A DNA stretch of 64,000 nt from Dicyema japonicum. Its lineage: Eukaryota > Animalia > Dicyemida. Below the pieces are notes generated by a model that was not told where the DNA came from, did no database searches, and saw nothing but the letters and a program-made list of their open reading frames with translations. Both the position numbers and the translations under genes were made by a program. Below, piece by piece: positions 47,810 to 59,859 of this stretch. The stretch covers positions 1-64,000 of the forward strand of contig RDEW01000026.1 of assembly GCA_011109175.1 (NCBI GenBank), in the 5' to 3' direction. Positions within the stretch are counted from its first letter, which is position 1. Every line of letters starts with the position of its first letter.

Positions 47810-48410
47810 GGCGGAAATAGCATTCCATCGTATTAGTGTCTCCATCAGACCTGGACTGGAGATTTGCCATACTCACAAGTGTCGGTGTGATGGTATCATC
47901 GATTGTTGGACATCATGCCCTTTTTGGCGAAGAAACGCAAAACGATTTTCAGACATAAGACTATTAACGGAATTGTAAAGCAATCCATGGAGTAGGCTGG
48001 ATGCCCATCCATGCTAGAATTGGTCGGATTGAAAAGAAGACGGAAAATGGCTTCACGAAATTACAATCTTTCCATTCTAGGAGAAAAACCATTGATATGG
48101 GATGCCATGTGAATCGACCCTATTTGTCTATTCAACATTGTCGAGAACTCAGTGACACACTGTATACCGTAAAAAGCAATGAAGGCCAAAGAAAAAATAC
48201 TAAGCGTTGTTAGAAAGGTTCACGCCCGATCCATAGTTGTTGAGACAACTGGAAAAATAAGCGGGAATTCGCTTCGTTTCTTCAAGAAGCTGAGACGCCT
48301 GTCTACATTCAAAGATCACGACGCACGTGATACTTAGTGGCTTCTGTTGATCTCTGTTGCAATCGAGGCAACGCAACGTCGATTATGTCGACGGGGACTA
48401 TTTTGTTATA
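47810..48410 (+). mobile_element. CRE-clade 3' fragment (degenerate RLE)
   Basis: HKCRC..H motif, RHKTINGIVK..AG..SMLELVGL; 3' end CAATCGAGGCAACGC.. Confidence 0.7.
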
Positions 48411-48589
48411 AATGAACAATTGAGTTTGCAAAATTATTCATCTAACGCACAAACTTTAGAGGAGATCAAGACCATGGGAATATATCTGAAACAATATTTT
48501 CTAAATGAGCAACATTAGTAGATTTATTAAATTCGTGTAGTCTGAACAATAAAAAATAAAATTGTTTCAAATACCAATGGTAAAATCAA

Positions 48590-48835
48590 ACTAGCTAATT
48601 CTTTGATCCTACGACTTCCAGCTGAACCTTTGTCCGGGGAGCTGAGGTCGATTTCAGAACTCGTCGCCAGAAAACGAAATTGTCACCTGATGGTATGAAT
48701 AATTGAATTCTTTTGAATTCCGGCCAGGCATTGAGCGTCTCCTTAGTAATGTGGATCCATGACGCCAGAGGAAGATAAATTTTAACCAATTAGCCACATA
48801 GCACCACGAGGCGCCAAAATAATCGTCAATATGAG
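48590..48835 (-). mobile_element. Vingi-like 5' leader with structured RNA (copy 3, 48704-48766)
   Basis: GTGGTGCTATGTGGCTAATTGGTT leader and conserved fold. ORF 48595..48789 is not a host gene. Confidence 0.65.
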
Positions 48836-48911
48836 TTGAATAGCACGCTTTTTGTTTAATTTAGAAATGATTATTAAACTTTATTTTAAATAGCAAAATT
48901 TTAAATTAATA

Positions 48912-49952
48912 ATGCCAGGTGTGGTATTTATGGTAAAATAATAGAGACCAAATCTCCATATAAATTATTATTATGTGAAATAAAACAGTTCCTTGAACGT
49001 CGAGCTATTCATCCAGGTCCACTACTATCGGAGATCCCGTCAAAATGGGACTGTTTGGGAGACCTAATATTGTTTCCTTCTAGTTCATTTACATCGGACA
49101 GCTGGAATCTCTTGGGTCTTGACTTTTGAATAAAAGCAAAGGAAGTGATCTCTGGACTCTTGTTTGCTCAGTCCTAAAGGTCACAAGACTGGCGATTTAC
49201 TCAAAAATTAACGACGACGATTATCGAAGCCCTCAAATATCCTTCTTACACGGGGACTCTGACCCTGTTGTCTACAAGAAAGAACTCGGCATACAGTTTT
49301 AATTTCTCTTATCTTAGTTATTCCTTTAATGTTAACAAATGCATGTTCTGTCCCGGAAATGTGACCGAAAAGCACAGAGTATCCCAATTCGACTGTCGGG
49401 ACAAAATCATCGTTGACCTTTTTGCAGGTTTCGGGTCACTTGATGTCAGGGATCGGATATTTTACTCTGTGCTATTTAAAGTACGCGAAGGCCAGGATCG
49501 TTTATGCGTGTGAGTGGAATCCATTTGCCTCAGAAGCTCTACGGAACAATTTGAGGTTAAACCACGTGGAGGACCGGTGTGTTGTCCTCGAAGGTGACTG
49601 TAGGTTGGTTTGTCCTGTTGATATCGCGGATCACGTGAATTTGGGGCTGATCCCTTCCAGCAGAATTGGCTGGAAAATTGCCTGTGAGGCCCTGAGTTCT
49701 GGGAAAGGCGGAGTTCTTCACATTCATGGACTTACGAAGACATCGACATCGAAGACCGTTTGTTTTAAGGATGTGGGGACTATACTCCCCCACGAAGATT
49801 GGATGAAAGAGGTTGAAAGGGATATCAATCAAATATGCACTGATTTGGGTAGAAATTGGGAGTGTCGTGGACTTGGAGTATTCAAGGTTAAGAAATTTGC
49901 CCCCCATATAGTCCATTCTGTAGTTGATATTATGTGTTCCCCCATTATTTGA
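48912..49952 (+). CDS. TRMT12: tRNA wybutosine-synthesizing protein 2 (TYW2/TRM12), 5 exons
   Basis: Introns 48919-48944 (26), 49116-49141 (26), 49296-49317 (22) and 49428-49449 (22) restore EIPSKWDCLGDLIL..LG|SDLW..LGI|HYSFNVNKCMFCPGNVTEKHR..VDLFAG|IGYFTL..ACEWNP..NLGLIPSS..GGVLHIH. Confidence 0.9.
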
Positions 49953-50289
49953 TTTTTTAAATTATTTATAAATTGTTATTCTTTTTATTTGCTTTCCTCA
50001 CACTCTTTAATCAATAAGTGCCCATCTACACCAATACTAACCTGTGCACATGTGGTTAATGGGAATTTCACTTTTTTCAATACAAAAGTTATCCGTAATC
50101 CAAGAAGCTGCCAAAAAGGTCATTGAGTCCAAGCGGTTCTATAATGACAGCTGAAAATCGTGAGGGAGGCCAACCGATATCAGTGTAGTTCATAACAATC
50201 GAGATTTGAGAAAAGTCAAAGCTTGTTGTGGCGGACTATTTAAGATGCTCAACTTTCGAGATATCGACTGAGATTAGTTGGAATGCAAG

Positions 50290-50520
50290 AATTATTATTA
50301 TTACCCAGGATAACTGGATCAAAGATAAAAAAATAAAAGTTCTCAACTAAGTGATCCCAGACCGACATGGGGATAAGAGTCTGGCAGGGTCGTGAACCCT
50401 GCACTGCTCTTCTCATTTGACATGGCATCGATCAAACTTTTTGTATGATTGTAGATATTCAATGGAAACACAGGGACTCAGTAGACTAGCCGCCTTTAAG
50501 AGTTTCTGCAATAATTTTAT
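50290..50520 (-). mobile_element. Vingi-like 3' end fragment
   Basis: GTCGGTCTGGGATCACTTAGTT..CCTGGGTAATAATAA shared with 13145-13250. Confidence 0.6.
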
Positions 50521-50591
50521 TGAGAATGTCATACATAGAGCTGTCTTCTGTACGTGGTAATCGAAATGACAAGAGACTTTGTTTTTTCAAA

Positions 50592-50905
50592 TTTATTGAA
50601 CCAAAAAACGCCGTCATAGCCAGAATACAAAATTCAGGTGATCCATGCCCCTGCAGTCTTCGCATGCCCGGACATGAAGAACGTGCCGTCCAAGGGGAAC
50701 TCCTCTGGATGGTTGTTGACTAATGGTTCTTTTTGGATATAATTTAGGATTATATCTGGCGCCACCAGAGATGGTGGACTAAATGACGTACGCTACAATT
50801 GAAACTCCCTGAAACTAAAGGGAAGATGAGAAACAGAAGAATCAAACAAATAATCTTCAATTCATGTAACCACATAGCACCACACTGACTTTGGCGCCAC
50901 GTGGC
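50592..50905 (-). mobile_element. ~310-bp non-autonomous Vingi derivative (5' leader + fold copy 4 + 3' tail)
   Basis: 5' leader GTGGTGCTATGTGG, fold at 50724-50790, tail GATCACCTGAATTTTGT..GGTTCAATAA matching 43706-43765. Confidence 0.65.
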
Positions 50906-52071
50906 ATACTTTTTTGCTAGTTGTCGAGTCTCCACTTTGAATGTAAAGCATTTGTTGGGTGGATTGAGTAGCTGTTTTAGTAAGAATTATTATTAGTAAA
51001 ATATAAAACGTTATATTAATAATTTGGATTGTTTTAACATAAAATGTGTTCTATTTTTAAATTTAGATGATTTTATGGAAAATTATAGTTCCAATCTTAC
51101 ATAAAGATTGACAGTGATCCCATCATCTGTGATTATTACTGGGAACCACACACATGCAAAAGAACAAGAAGTTAAAAATCTTCTGGATTAACAAGCATAG
51201 TTGTTATTTACTAATTTAATAAAGTAAGATGAGTTACGTAAACATTACTACTCCTCGATTGTAGGGTTGAATTAATTTAATATAACATAGCAGACGTAGG
51301 AATTATATTTTTATAATACGAAACAACTATTTGATATAAAACATCAAATCAGTGGAAAGCTCAATAATTTGCATAACAATACTATTTTTAGACACCTCTA
51401 TTCAACTTTTCAATTAATTCTGGTCAACTTCCTTAGTCAATCTGACTTCCTTAACGATAATAGCCTTCACGACTATAAAAGAGACCGTTACAATATACGA
51501 TTGCATAATGGACGGACGTAAAAGGAGGTGACTTTACTTATAATTTGTTAGTAAAAAAAAGAAGGTAAACGATTCCATTTACAAACAATGTATTATAGAC
51601 TATAAAGAACATATTGATGGTAAAGTAATTAAAACATGTTTAGATCCCACAAAGAATGAGACTGACCCACAAAGGATTAAGTATTTGAGATCTACTGAAT
51701 ACACACATAGACACTTGAATAGAGTGCTGAGTGGATATCTGAATGAATCAGTATATTATATGCATATTTTAGAATCTCTATGACTCTTCACAAGACAGTT
51801 ATGAAGGGGATTCATTAATATACAGGAACATTGTCAACTCAATCAGATGCTCTGAAAATAATAGAGAGATTGAATATTCTGACAACACAGAGTTAAATTT
51901 TAATATAATTTCAGTGATCAAATTAATGATCACAACGAAAATAGTCCTAATGTTGAGATAACTAATCAGGAGGAACCAAAAAAGAAAACAGAACCTAAAC
52001 AGAAAAAAGTGAGAGTTCGAAACCCCCCATTGAGACGAACATACAATTTAAGATCACAAAATACAAATATC

Positions 52072-52542
52072 AAAGAGGAATGTACTGCAAAGTGGAAATT
52101 TTGATTTTTATAATTTTAGAGAACAATGTGATCTACCGAATAGTCTTAGTGGAGACATGAGTAAACAAGATAAACGTGAATATAGAAAACGTAAAGTCAA
52201 GCCAACGAGACGAAACGTTGGAATTCCTCCACCAAAACGAATTAATAAAAATATTAAAAAAGGTGGTTCTGAGAGTACAAAGTATGAATTTGATATAATC
52301 ATAGAGTGAGGGACAATACAGTAAATGAGAGAGAAAATAATTGTAGTGGGGATATAACTAATAAAGATCTTAACGAATTAAAAGAGACTCAACCCAAACC
52401 TAAAAGACAGGGAGTTATAACAAAACGAACATATATCTTAAGACGACGCACTATAAATATTTAATTTTTATTATTTAATAAATATTTAAAAATAATTCTA
52501 GTTAAGTAATTTAAGGATTTTAGATTCCACTACTTTAATACA
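52072..52542 (+). mobile_element. Probable Ty3/gypsy 3' LTR with polypurine tract; decayed internal region upstream (about 51050-52070)
   Basis: Preceding frame ends RRTYNLRS; PPT AAAGAGGAA 52072-52080; TGT at 52081, TATAAATA at about 52453, AATAAA at about 52478, ..ACA at 52542. No partner LTR in the window. Confidence 0.45.
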
Positions 52543-52569
52543 ATTTTAATGTTATGTTTCAAGACGATT

Positions 52570-53060
52570 CTAGACAACGGTGAGCACCCACCAAGGATAT
52601 CTTGAGGTAATTTTTGGACCTGAAGCTGCTCCATGAAGGGGAAACGAGCACATAAGCAGATGATGTGGACTTTATTTCAAATGATAAATCACTTATTGCT
52701 TTATTGGAGGAAATACCCGGGAAGTTGGTTGAATGGTTTCTAACGGTAAACTCGAACAAAATCGAAGTCATAGAATCGAGGACAGAGGAATATTGTCGAA
52801 AACCAAAAAAAGTTGGACTCTCTTCTCGGAGACAGCGAAGACATAGCAAGAAAACATTAGCAAATGACGCACAAATCAAGAAAACCTTGTTTACCCGTAA
52901 AGGGAATGCAATTTGGATACAAGAGTCTTTCTGTACAACGCACTTGCGAAATCCGTACTCTTGTACAATGGGGGCACTTGGTCTCATGAGTTCCTTTTTA
53001 TCGCTTCAGTCAACCTTACATTATATGCCACAACCTAATAATGAAAATGATATGCCACTG
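52570..53060 (+). mobile_element. RTE-group RT fragment
   Basis: ADDVDFISNDKS..WFLTVNSNK homologous to 4423-5781. Confidence 0.75.
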
Positions 53061-53959
53061 TTGGGTAATATACTATGACTCCATGGTTCGTTCAACCACG
53101 GGTTAAGGTTGCCTCAAAGTCATCAAGACTTTATTTGTGTCAAATGGACTACAGCATCAAGCCGAGAATCCTTTTTAATAACAAGATTCTCACATTCAAT
53201 ATAACGTCAAACAGCCTGAGAGTCATGTTTTATTACGGACTCTCGCCAAACACATCGAAAATCAATGAAAAGAATTATGATTATAAGTATCATTTTGAAA
53301 ACTTTTTGGAAGTAAGGCTGGATTCCTTTTGCCAGTTTATCAAGTCAATATTTCCTGTTCTTACCTCCACATGTTGTCCGATCTCTAGAAAACTGGCAAC
53401 AATGACCTCTGAGGGCTCCTTCTTGAATGACAACGACACCATTAGAGATACAAGAAGACTCCAAGTACGCTATGGATAGTGATTCAAAATTTCGGTCCCA
53501 CCGATTTATTGACCTGAATTACTCAATTGGTTGATGGCATTCCTTTCTCTTTTAACCAAGTGATCGAATAGTGCATCTACATAGTTGACACATGTCAGTT
53601 CCACAAGTCGACTTGAAGCATATATGAAGTCTTAGAACCTAACCCTGTTCTTGTGCTCAACCACCATACCTTCTAAAGTTTTTTTCAAGACGACTGATTG
53701 GATGTAATTCCTCGTAGTTTCTTCAGTAAGATTGCCTATCCATATAATTCTTTAAGCATTTAGAGACTGATGGAAATTGGATGGGATAGAGTTCTTGCTC
53801 CTCTGTTGCACGTTTTTGTAAGGACATTATAGTATCGACATCTTCACGGAGAGAATTGTTGACCCATAAATTTTTTGAGGAATAAAATGATTTTCTATTT
53901 TTTTCAAGATAAGCAATTTGATCACTGTGAGATCTGAAGGAAAAGAGCATGGGTTGACG

Positions 53960-54460
53960 TCTTTCCAATTGGGAACATTGGCACGGGATCTCTATCCGTC
54001 TGGGGTTGAGAATATTCCAGGATCACCCTTGTCATTGAGGGGGAATAGTCCACATTTATTGACATCACGCCCTTTCATACAAAATGCAGGTAGATTCCCG
54101 CGACACACTTACTTGAATGATGTTGTGAAACGCGTATTAAAATCTGCCGGACACCATTCCACCCACTGGCCTGGAAAGGGAGACGGAAAGCGACTGGACG
54201 GAGTAACAATTTTTCAGTTCGAAAAACCGTTAGTTTGGGATGCAACATTTGTCTACTTTCTGGCCCCCACCAACATCATTGGGAGTGCGTTAAAAGCACT
54301 TTCAGGAACAGAGAAATTAGAGAGCTAAAGAAAAAAAGTATAGAGGACTCCTCGACGAATATACCTTCTGCGCGATGCTGTCGAAACAACTGGAGCGATA
54401 AACAGTAAGTTTCTTCCTGAAGAAACCGGACGTATTGACTCACTCAGAAGCTATGTTCAC
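53960..54460 (+). mobile_element. CRE-clade RLE fragment
   Basis: AGRFPRHTYLNDVVKRVLKSAG..GKRLDGVT..LVWDAT. Confidence 0.8.
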
Positions 54461-54780
54461 CCAGTTAGTCTCTATACTTCTAACAGTTATATTTTCTATT
54501 TAAAGTTTTTAAAATTAGATGAAGAAATCTTATTGGTGGACATGTCTTCAAATTCACAAAAATAGAGAAAATACCTTTCGGGAGATCAATTTTTAATAAG
54601 ACCAAGTGGATAGATATTATGATGTTTTAGAATTTATTTTTATCAGCCCTTCCGTAGAGTAGTAATGTTTCCATTAATTAAACCTCCAATTAGGCGGGAC
54701 ACATACAGTTAATTAATCGAGCTAGAGAAATGAGAGTGTTCTTAACTTTTTTACCTTTTTAATTGATTGTTAATACCTAA

Positions 54781-54835
54781 AGACAATCCAGTTCCGAAGT
54801 GAAGTATCACTGATGACTGTATCACTCGTCAAGCC
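54781..54835 (-). mobile_element. SINE core fragment (inverted)
   Basis: Reverse complement of TTGACGAGTGA..GTCATCAGTG..CACT..GGAACTGGATTGTCT. Confidence 0.7.
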
Positions 54836-55039
54836 AGGAAGTATCGTAATGGAAAACGTCTAAATTAGAACTCGCGGAAAATCTTCAACAAGAATAGATT
54901 GCAGGGAGATTCATATTTACTGTATCTGTGGTTTTGGATTGACTTGTGTGCTTGATTGTGTGGCCTCAATAAGTCCTAACAGTGTCACAATAATTTGGTT
55001 TAATTTGACGAGACTTCAATAAAATCGATGTATCTATAA

Positions 55040-55190
55040 ACTATGGTGGAACTTGAGACCGCTTTTGTTTGTACTGGTAGCAATAATAAGACGTTCGGGA
55101 AGCGGCCTGGCTGAGGAAACGAATTGGGATTGCAGTTGTCCGCGGAAACGCTTACTTCTTAATGTCAGCAACCGCACTATCCTAATACTA
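55040..55190 (+). mobile_element. CRE 3' end fragment
   Basis: GCAGTTGTCCGCGGAAACGCTTACT, nearly identical to 18985-19015. Confidence 0.7.
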
Positions 55191-55296
55191 CCCTAACTGC
55201 ATTTTTCTCCTTTTGTTTTTTAAATTAATTATTACACCCAAAAAAACTATAAACTAATTTTCCGTCACCCGAATAATCTGTAGATATCAAGCAGAA

Positions 55297-55506
55297 TTGA
55301 CGAGTGATTCATTCATCAGTGGACTCTCACTGCGGAACTGGATTGTCTAGAAAGGACCACACACAAGAAAAAGAAAAAAAAGTGAAGATCATTCCTTGGT
55401 TCTACGATTAGTTAAAATTAACTGTTCTTTACTTAAATAAAGTGTGTGTCCTGCCTATGCGGAGCTAATACCACGGCTCCGTGAAAAAGGCTGTTATTAT
55501 TATTAT
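55297..55506 (+). mobile_element. tRNA-derived SINE, 5'-truncated
   Basis: Core, RTE-like tail and (TTA)n. Confidence 0.85.
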
Positions 55507-56358
55507 ATCAAGCAGAAGCATGTTACTAGGCTATTCGACAACAAAAATCACGGAATATGGGAAATTGAATATGTTTGGAGTTTAAGTTTTTTTCAATTAT
55601 TGAGATTTGTCTTTATTCCATTTTTATCAGTATTATGTCAACAAATACTGGAACTTTATTCTTGACTACTGCTTTTGACAAAACTACCATTTACTATTTG
55701 TGATTTTATAGTCCTCACTTTATTTTAAAGGAAATTCTTTCAACGAAATCTGAACTCCACGTACGATTCCTTTCCGTCAAGTTTTAAATGATTTCTTTAT
55801 TTCCCTTAAAGACCATGATGAATCTTAGACGTTCCACACCTTCATTTACCTAAGCAGTTCTTCTCTTTGGTAAATAAGTGCTTTCAGCTATTTATGACAA
55901 AAATGTACTATTCTTGGAACTTTTCTGAAATTAACCTAATTATGACTATTCGAATAACACTAATCAAAATCTCAGTAAACTGCCTACAATGGTATTTATC
56001 AATAACTAGGGAACTAATTTTAAAATTCATGACTCATGGCGTAATATCCATTTTGATTGTAAAACTTCTATTTTCCGTGGTAATCAACTATATTGCACGC
56101 TTAACTAGCCTTAGTTGCGAATAAATGTGAGTCCATGTGGAAATTAGCCTTAGTTACGATTAAATATCTGTAACACCAGAACAACATCTTCCAAGAAGCC
56201 CGTGAGCCGATGGTGATGATAGGATTGGTGAATTCATGACTCCCATTGCATTATGTTGTATTAATGACCGCACTATAATATTTCCATTGATTTATTTTAA
56301 ATAATTAAGTTTGAACTTAAAGGTCACAAATAGAGGACCTCATAACTCAAAAATAGAT

Positions 56359-56930
56359 TTATAAGGGAATGTTATAAGTGTTATCATCAGTATCCTCTGA
56401 ATATTCTAATATTAAGAGTCTTCTGTTACGTCTCTTTAATTTTTTAAATAAATTCCAATATTTTTTGGATTCAACGAAAAAAAATATCAATCCCCCAATG
56501 ATGCCGATCACTCCTAAAGTGATCTTGGCATAAAATGACCATAAATTCGCATAAATCAAATCATTCTCTTGTATGAAATAGTTTATGATAATCGACTCCG
56601 CCCAACAGAGGGAAACCAAACCAATCACATGCAGAGTCACCGAGGCTGCTAAACGGAGCTTTTCACCTTTAGAAAGGTTCAGTCCTTTCCACTAAATATA
56701 AAGGTTATCCGAACCTTGTATAAAGGGAGAGTCGATTTGCTGAGTTTATATTTGTACTTGCACAGTTCGCATTCATTATTCGAAGACACATTCAACCAGG
56801 TTTCAAGACAATGGTGATGGACATACCCAAGCGATCCCTTACACTTGCATGTCCTCACAGGATTGCTTTTCTCGTTCTGTCCCTGACAGATTCGACACAA
56901 TCGGGTTTCCTCATTCATTAATGAACGCAA
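56359..56930 (-). CDS. MARCHF8: Membrane-associated RING-CH E3 ligase (MARCH1/8 type), 2 exons
   Basis: CRIC..CKCKGSLGYVHHHCLETWL..CELC. 23-nt intron 56692-56714 gives LYK|WKGLNLSKGEKLRLAASVTLHVIG; two TM helices, then KYWNLFKKLKRRNR. MARCH1 versus MARCH8 cannot be distinguished here. Confidence 0.85.
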
Positions 56931-57929
56931 TAGCCGCTTTAGCTAATATATATCTCGGTCGATTAAACTTCGTCATATTTTAATATAATAAATCAATCAT
57001 AAAATAACAAATAAATTTATATTAACTCCCTCATTGATTATTATCTGATTCTCATGTTCATAAAATTTAATAAAAATTAAACTTTTTAAGTCGTTTATTA
57101 TACGACTCGTATACTGTTGCCACGAGCGACGATTTAGTTGCTTTGTGTCAAGTGATCTGGTCAAGGAGCTTTTCAAGTCTCATGTAGGCAGATAATATTA
57201 AAGAATCCTAAATAACAGGCTTTCGGCATAACTGGAACATAGGAATGTGCGTTCGGCAGAATCTGTTATAGCCATTTCAGCTAATTTATAAGGTTCATTG
57301 GTCTTCCATAGAGTTTATTTTGTGAATATCTTTTTATACCACAGTTTGGAGTCACTTGTTCAGATTATATCACAATATAACTCATTCTCTTGAACGAGTC
57401 GTTCAGTTTCTATTAACTGAAAACTCAATCACCCTTTAATTTAACATGCAAACCGCTGTTAATAGAATCCCACAAAAATCTTAGAAACAAATTAAGTAAC
57501 CGCACATTATTTAGATGCCTCCAATATTATATCGAAAATATCCTTATTCAAACGAACAATTTTTAAGGCTGATATCCCATAGGAATCAGTTCCTTGCTTA
57601 AAGAGACATCAACGAGTCACTTGACTCAATCAACACTAGGCCTAAATTATTGGTTTGTCTAATTTCTGACATCAAATTTCTAAGGACACAAGTCAATGAT
57701 ATTACTTCTAAATAGCCCTGTAGAACACGTGCTAGTGATATATTTATAAAAACCTAGTGGAACACATGTGACTAGTATTTTTTCTAACTTTCCTAATAAA
57801 ACACAATGAATTCATATAATTAGGGCATATGGTTTTATTACTTGGTCCTCATATCAACTATCTTATTTTGTTTAATTTATTTTGTTTTATAATTAATATT
57901 TAAAATTTATTAGATAATTTAGTAAATAA

Positions 57930-59354
57930 ATGATTTTAACAACTCCCATAACAATAAACTTTGATCCGACTAAAGTAAAGAAAAAGCATTATGGATTCAA
58001 AATTAAAACCAAAGTTCAGGGAAATGGACATTACATTTCAGAAATAGTTCCCGGGGGAGCAGCAGAAAGAGCAGGACTAAAAATAGGGGACAAAATTGTT
58101 ATGTTTGACGGAAAGAATGCTTTAAAAATGACTAATAAAAAAATAAATACGGTTTTAAACCGATCGGTTGACTGCATAGACATCCAAATATCCAGAATTG
58201 AGCCATTATCCAGTCAAACTGAGATTGAAATGAGTCATTCTACAATGAACAATGTGATCCCTGAGAAAATAGAGTCGAGAAATGTGATCCCTGAGAGAAC
58301 TGACTCAAACAATGTGATCCCTGAGAAAATAGAGTCGATAAATGTGATCCCTGAGAGAACTGACTCAAACAATGTGATCCCTGAGAGAGCTGACTCAAGC
58401 AATGCAATTCCTGACAAAATAGAGGAAACAACACAACAAATTGACAAACCAGAAATGAAAGAGGTTGAAGAAGCACTCCATGAATTGGATATACTGCTGG
58501 ATGTGGTGGAAGAAAAGAAGAATTCAGTAAATGAGACGAATAAGATAGATTCCATGATTTATTTCTCCAGACTATGTCGTGTGATTAAGACAAATAAGGA
58601 GTCCTATGGATTTCGTCTATCCTGTTTTGACACGGGCTATGACTACATTTATACTCTTTCACTCGTTAATCCTGGGTCCCCTGCACATGAGGCTAATCTC
58701 AGGACTGGGGACATTGTGATCGAAGTCAATGGCATTAATCTACGAAATGTAAAAAATGAGAAGGCTGTTGCTCTCATAGAAGTCATTCCAAACGATGTGA
58801 CCTTCCTCGTGGTTGATGAGGATACCTATAATCATTTCAGCTTCCACGGAATACACATTTCCTATCAAATGAAGTTATTGAAGGGCTTCTCTAACTGCAT
58901 GGTTATGACTGACTTTGAGAAAGAAACCTCTAAAAATAGCCGGGATTTGAAAACTGCCAAAATAAATAAGGCCAAGTTATGCCACGTGGTCAAGAAGGAA
59001 GGGAGGAGATTTGGATTTATCCTTGCGAGGGAGAATGACCATTCAAACCACATCATAAGAAAGATCACCTACCAATCTCCTGCCTTCAATGCTGGTGTTA
59101 GAACTAATGATGTTGTGATTGAGGTGAATAACATAAATGTCTCCCAAATGAGTCACAATGACGTCATAGATCTTATTTGCCAGGTTCCCAATGAGATTGT
59201 TTTGTTATTAATGGATGAGGAAAGTTATAAGGTTTATAATAAAGACAAAAACTTTGGAAAGATCCAGTATTGCACTAATATGACACGTGGGTGAATATTT
59301 TTAATATTTAGAAAAAAGACGGATCAAATATCACATTACAAACTCAGAGATTGA
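57930..59354 (+). CDS. NHERF/PDZK1-like scaffold with three PDZ domains
   Basis: 454-aa ORF 57930..59294: YGF..AAERAGLKIGDKI, RLCRVIK..YGFRL..PAHEANLRTGDIVIEVNG, KLCHVVK..FGFIL..PAFNAGVRTNDVVIEVN. A possible 21-nt intron 59291-59311 would extend it to TGA at 59354. Confidence 0.85.
58251..58430 (+). repeat. In-frame 30-bp coding minisatellite (6 units, alternating NVIPEKIES/NVIPERTDS)
   Basis: AATGTGATCCCTGAGA(A/G)A.. units at 58251, 58281, 58311, 58341, 58371 and a diverged unit at 58401. Confidence 0.95.
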
Positions 59355-59859
59355 CAAAGCATTGACCTCAAGGAAAACAGAGATTTCTGGGTGTATGTTT
59401 AATAACGAACCTGTCGATCAAGATTTTATTTATTAACAGTTAACAGTTTTGAATTTAACCTGTTTTAATATACTCCACGTGTAGGAGCTTTAATGTTTGG
59501 TTGAGGTCTTCAATTTAGTAATATCAATGTTTTGTAAAATTTTACAAGTTCTAAGGTTTTTTTTAAATTTACACCACAAAACCACGAATTCCTATAAATT
59601 CGTTATTTTATAATTTCTCTACAATATTCCCCGTCTTGTTCCCTTTCGCCTTGGAATTCCTGGGTCGTCTAGGGATCGGAGATCTCCGTGAGCGATGGAT
59701 ATTTGGCGAATTCCGCCATCCTGAAAGGGAATAGCCACAAATTATAACCCTCGGTTGATTTTTTATTTTATTTTAATAAATTAAAAAATTCCGACCACAA
59801 GACATCTCTGAAAAATTGCATCAAAAATACAAATGGAAACGCAAAATTAAATAAACATG

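Noticed and set aside
48595-48789. Divergent host gene upstream of TYW2
   Set aside because: The sequence is the Vingi-like leader shared with 25222, 50900 and 61375.
54795-54835. Hammerhead ribozyme suggested by CTGATGA in the antisense SINE core
   Set aside because: No GAAA or stem II/III arrangement follows.
18390-55190. Spliced-leader or other sequence-specific targeting by the CRE elements
   Set aside because: The 3' flanks of the copies (about 19050, 20640, 38030, 48410, 55190) share no recognisable target, and no SL-RNA repeat is visible.
57100-57780. Possible gene between MARCH and the PDZ gene
   Set aside because: Short frames only; no splice model removed the stops.
58235-58555. 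Antisense repetitive ORFs
   Set aside because: Shadows of the coding minisatellite in the PDZ gene.
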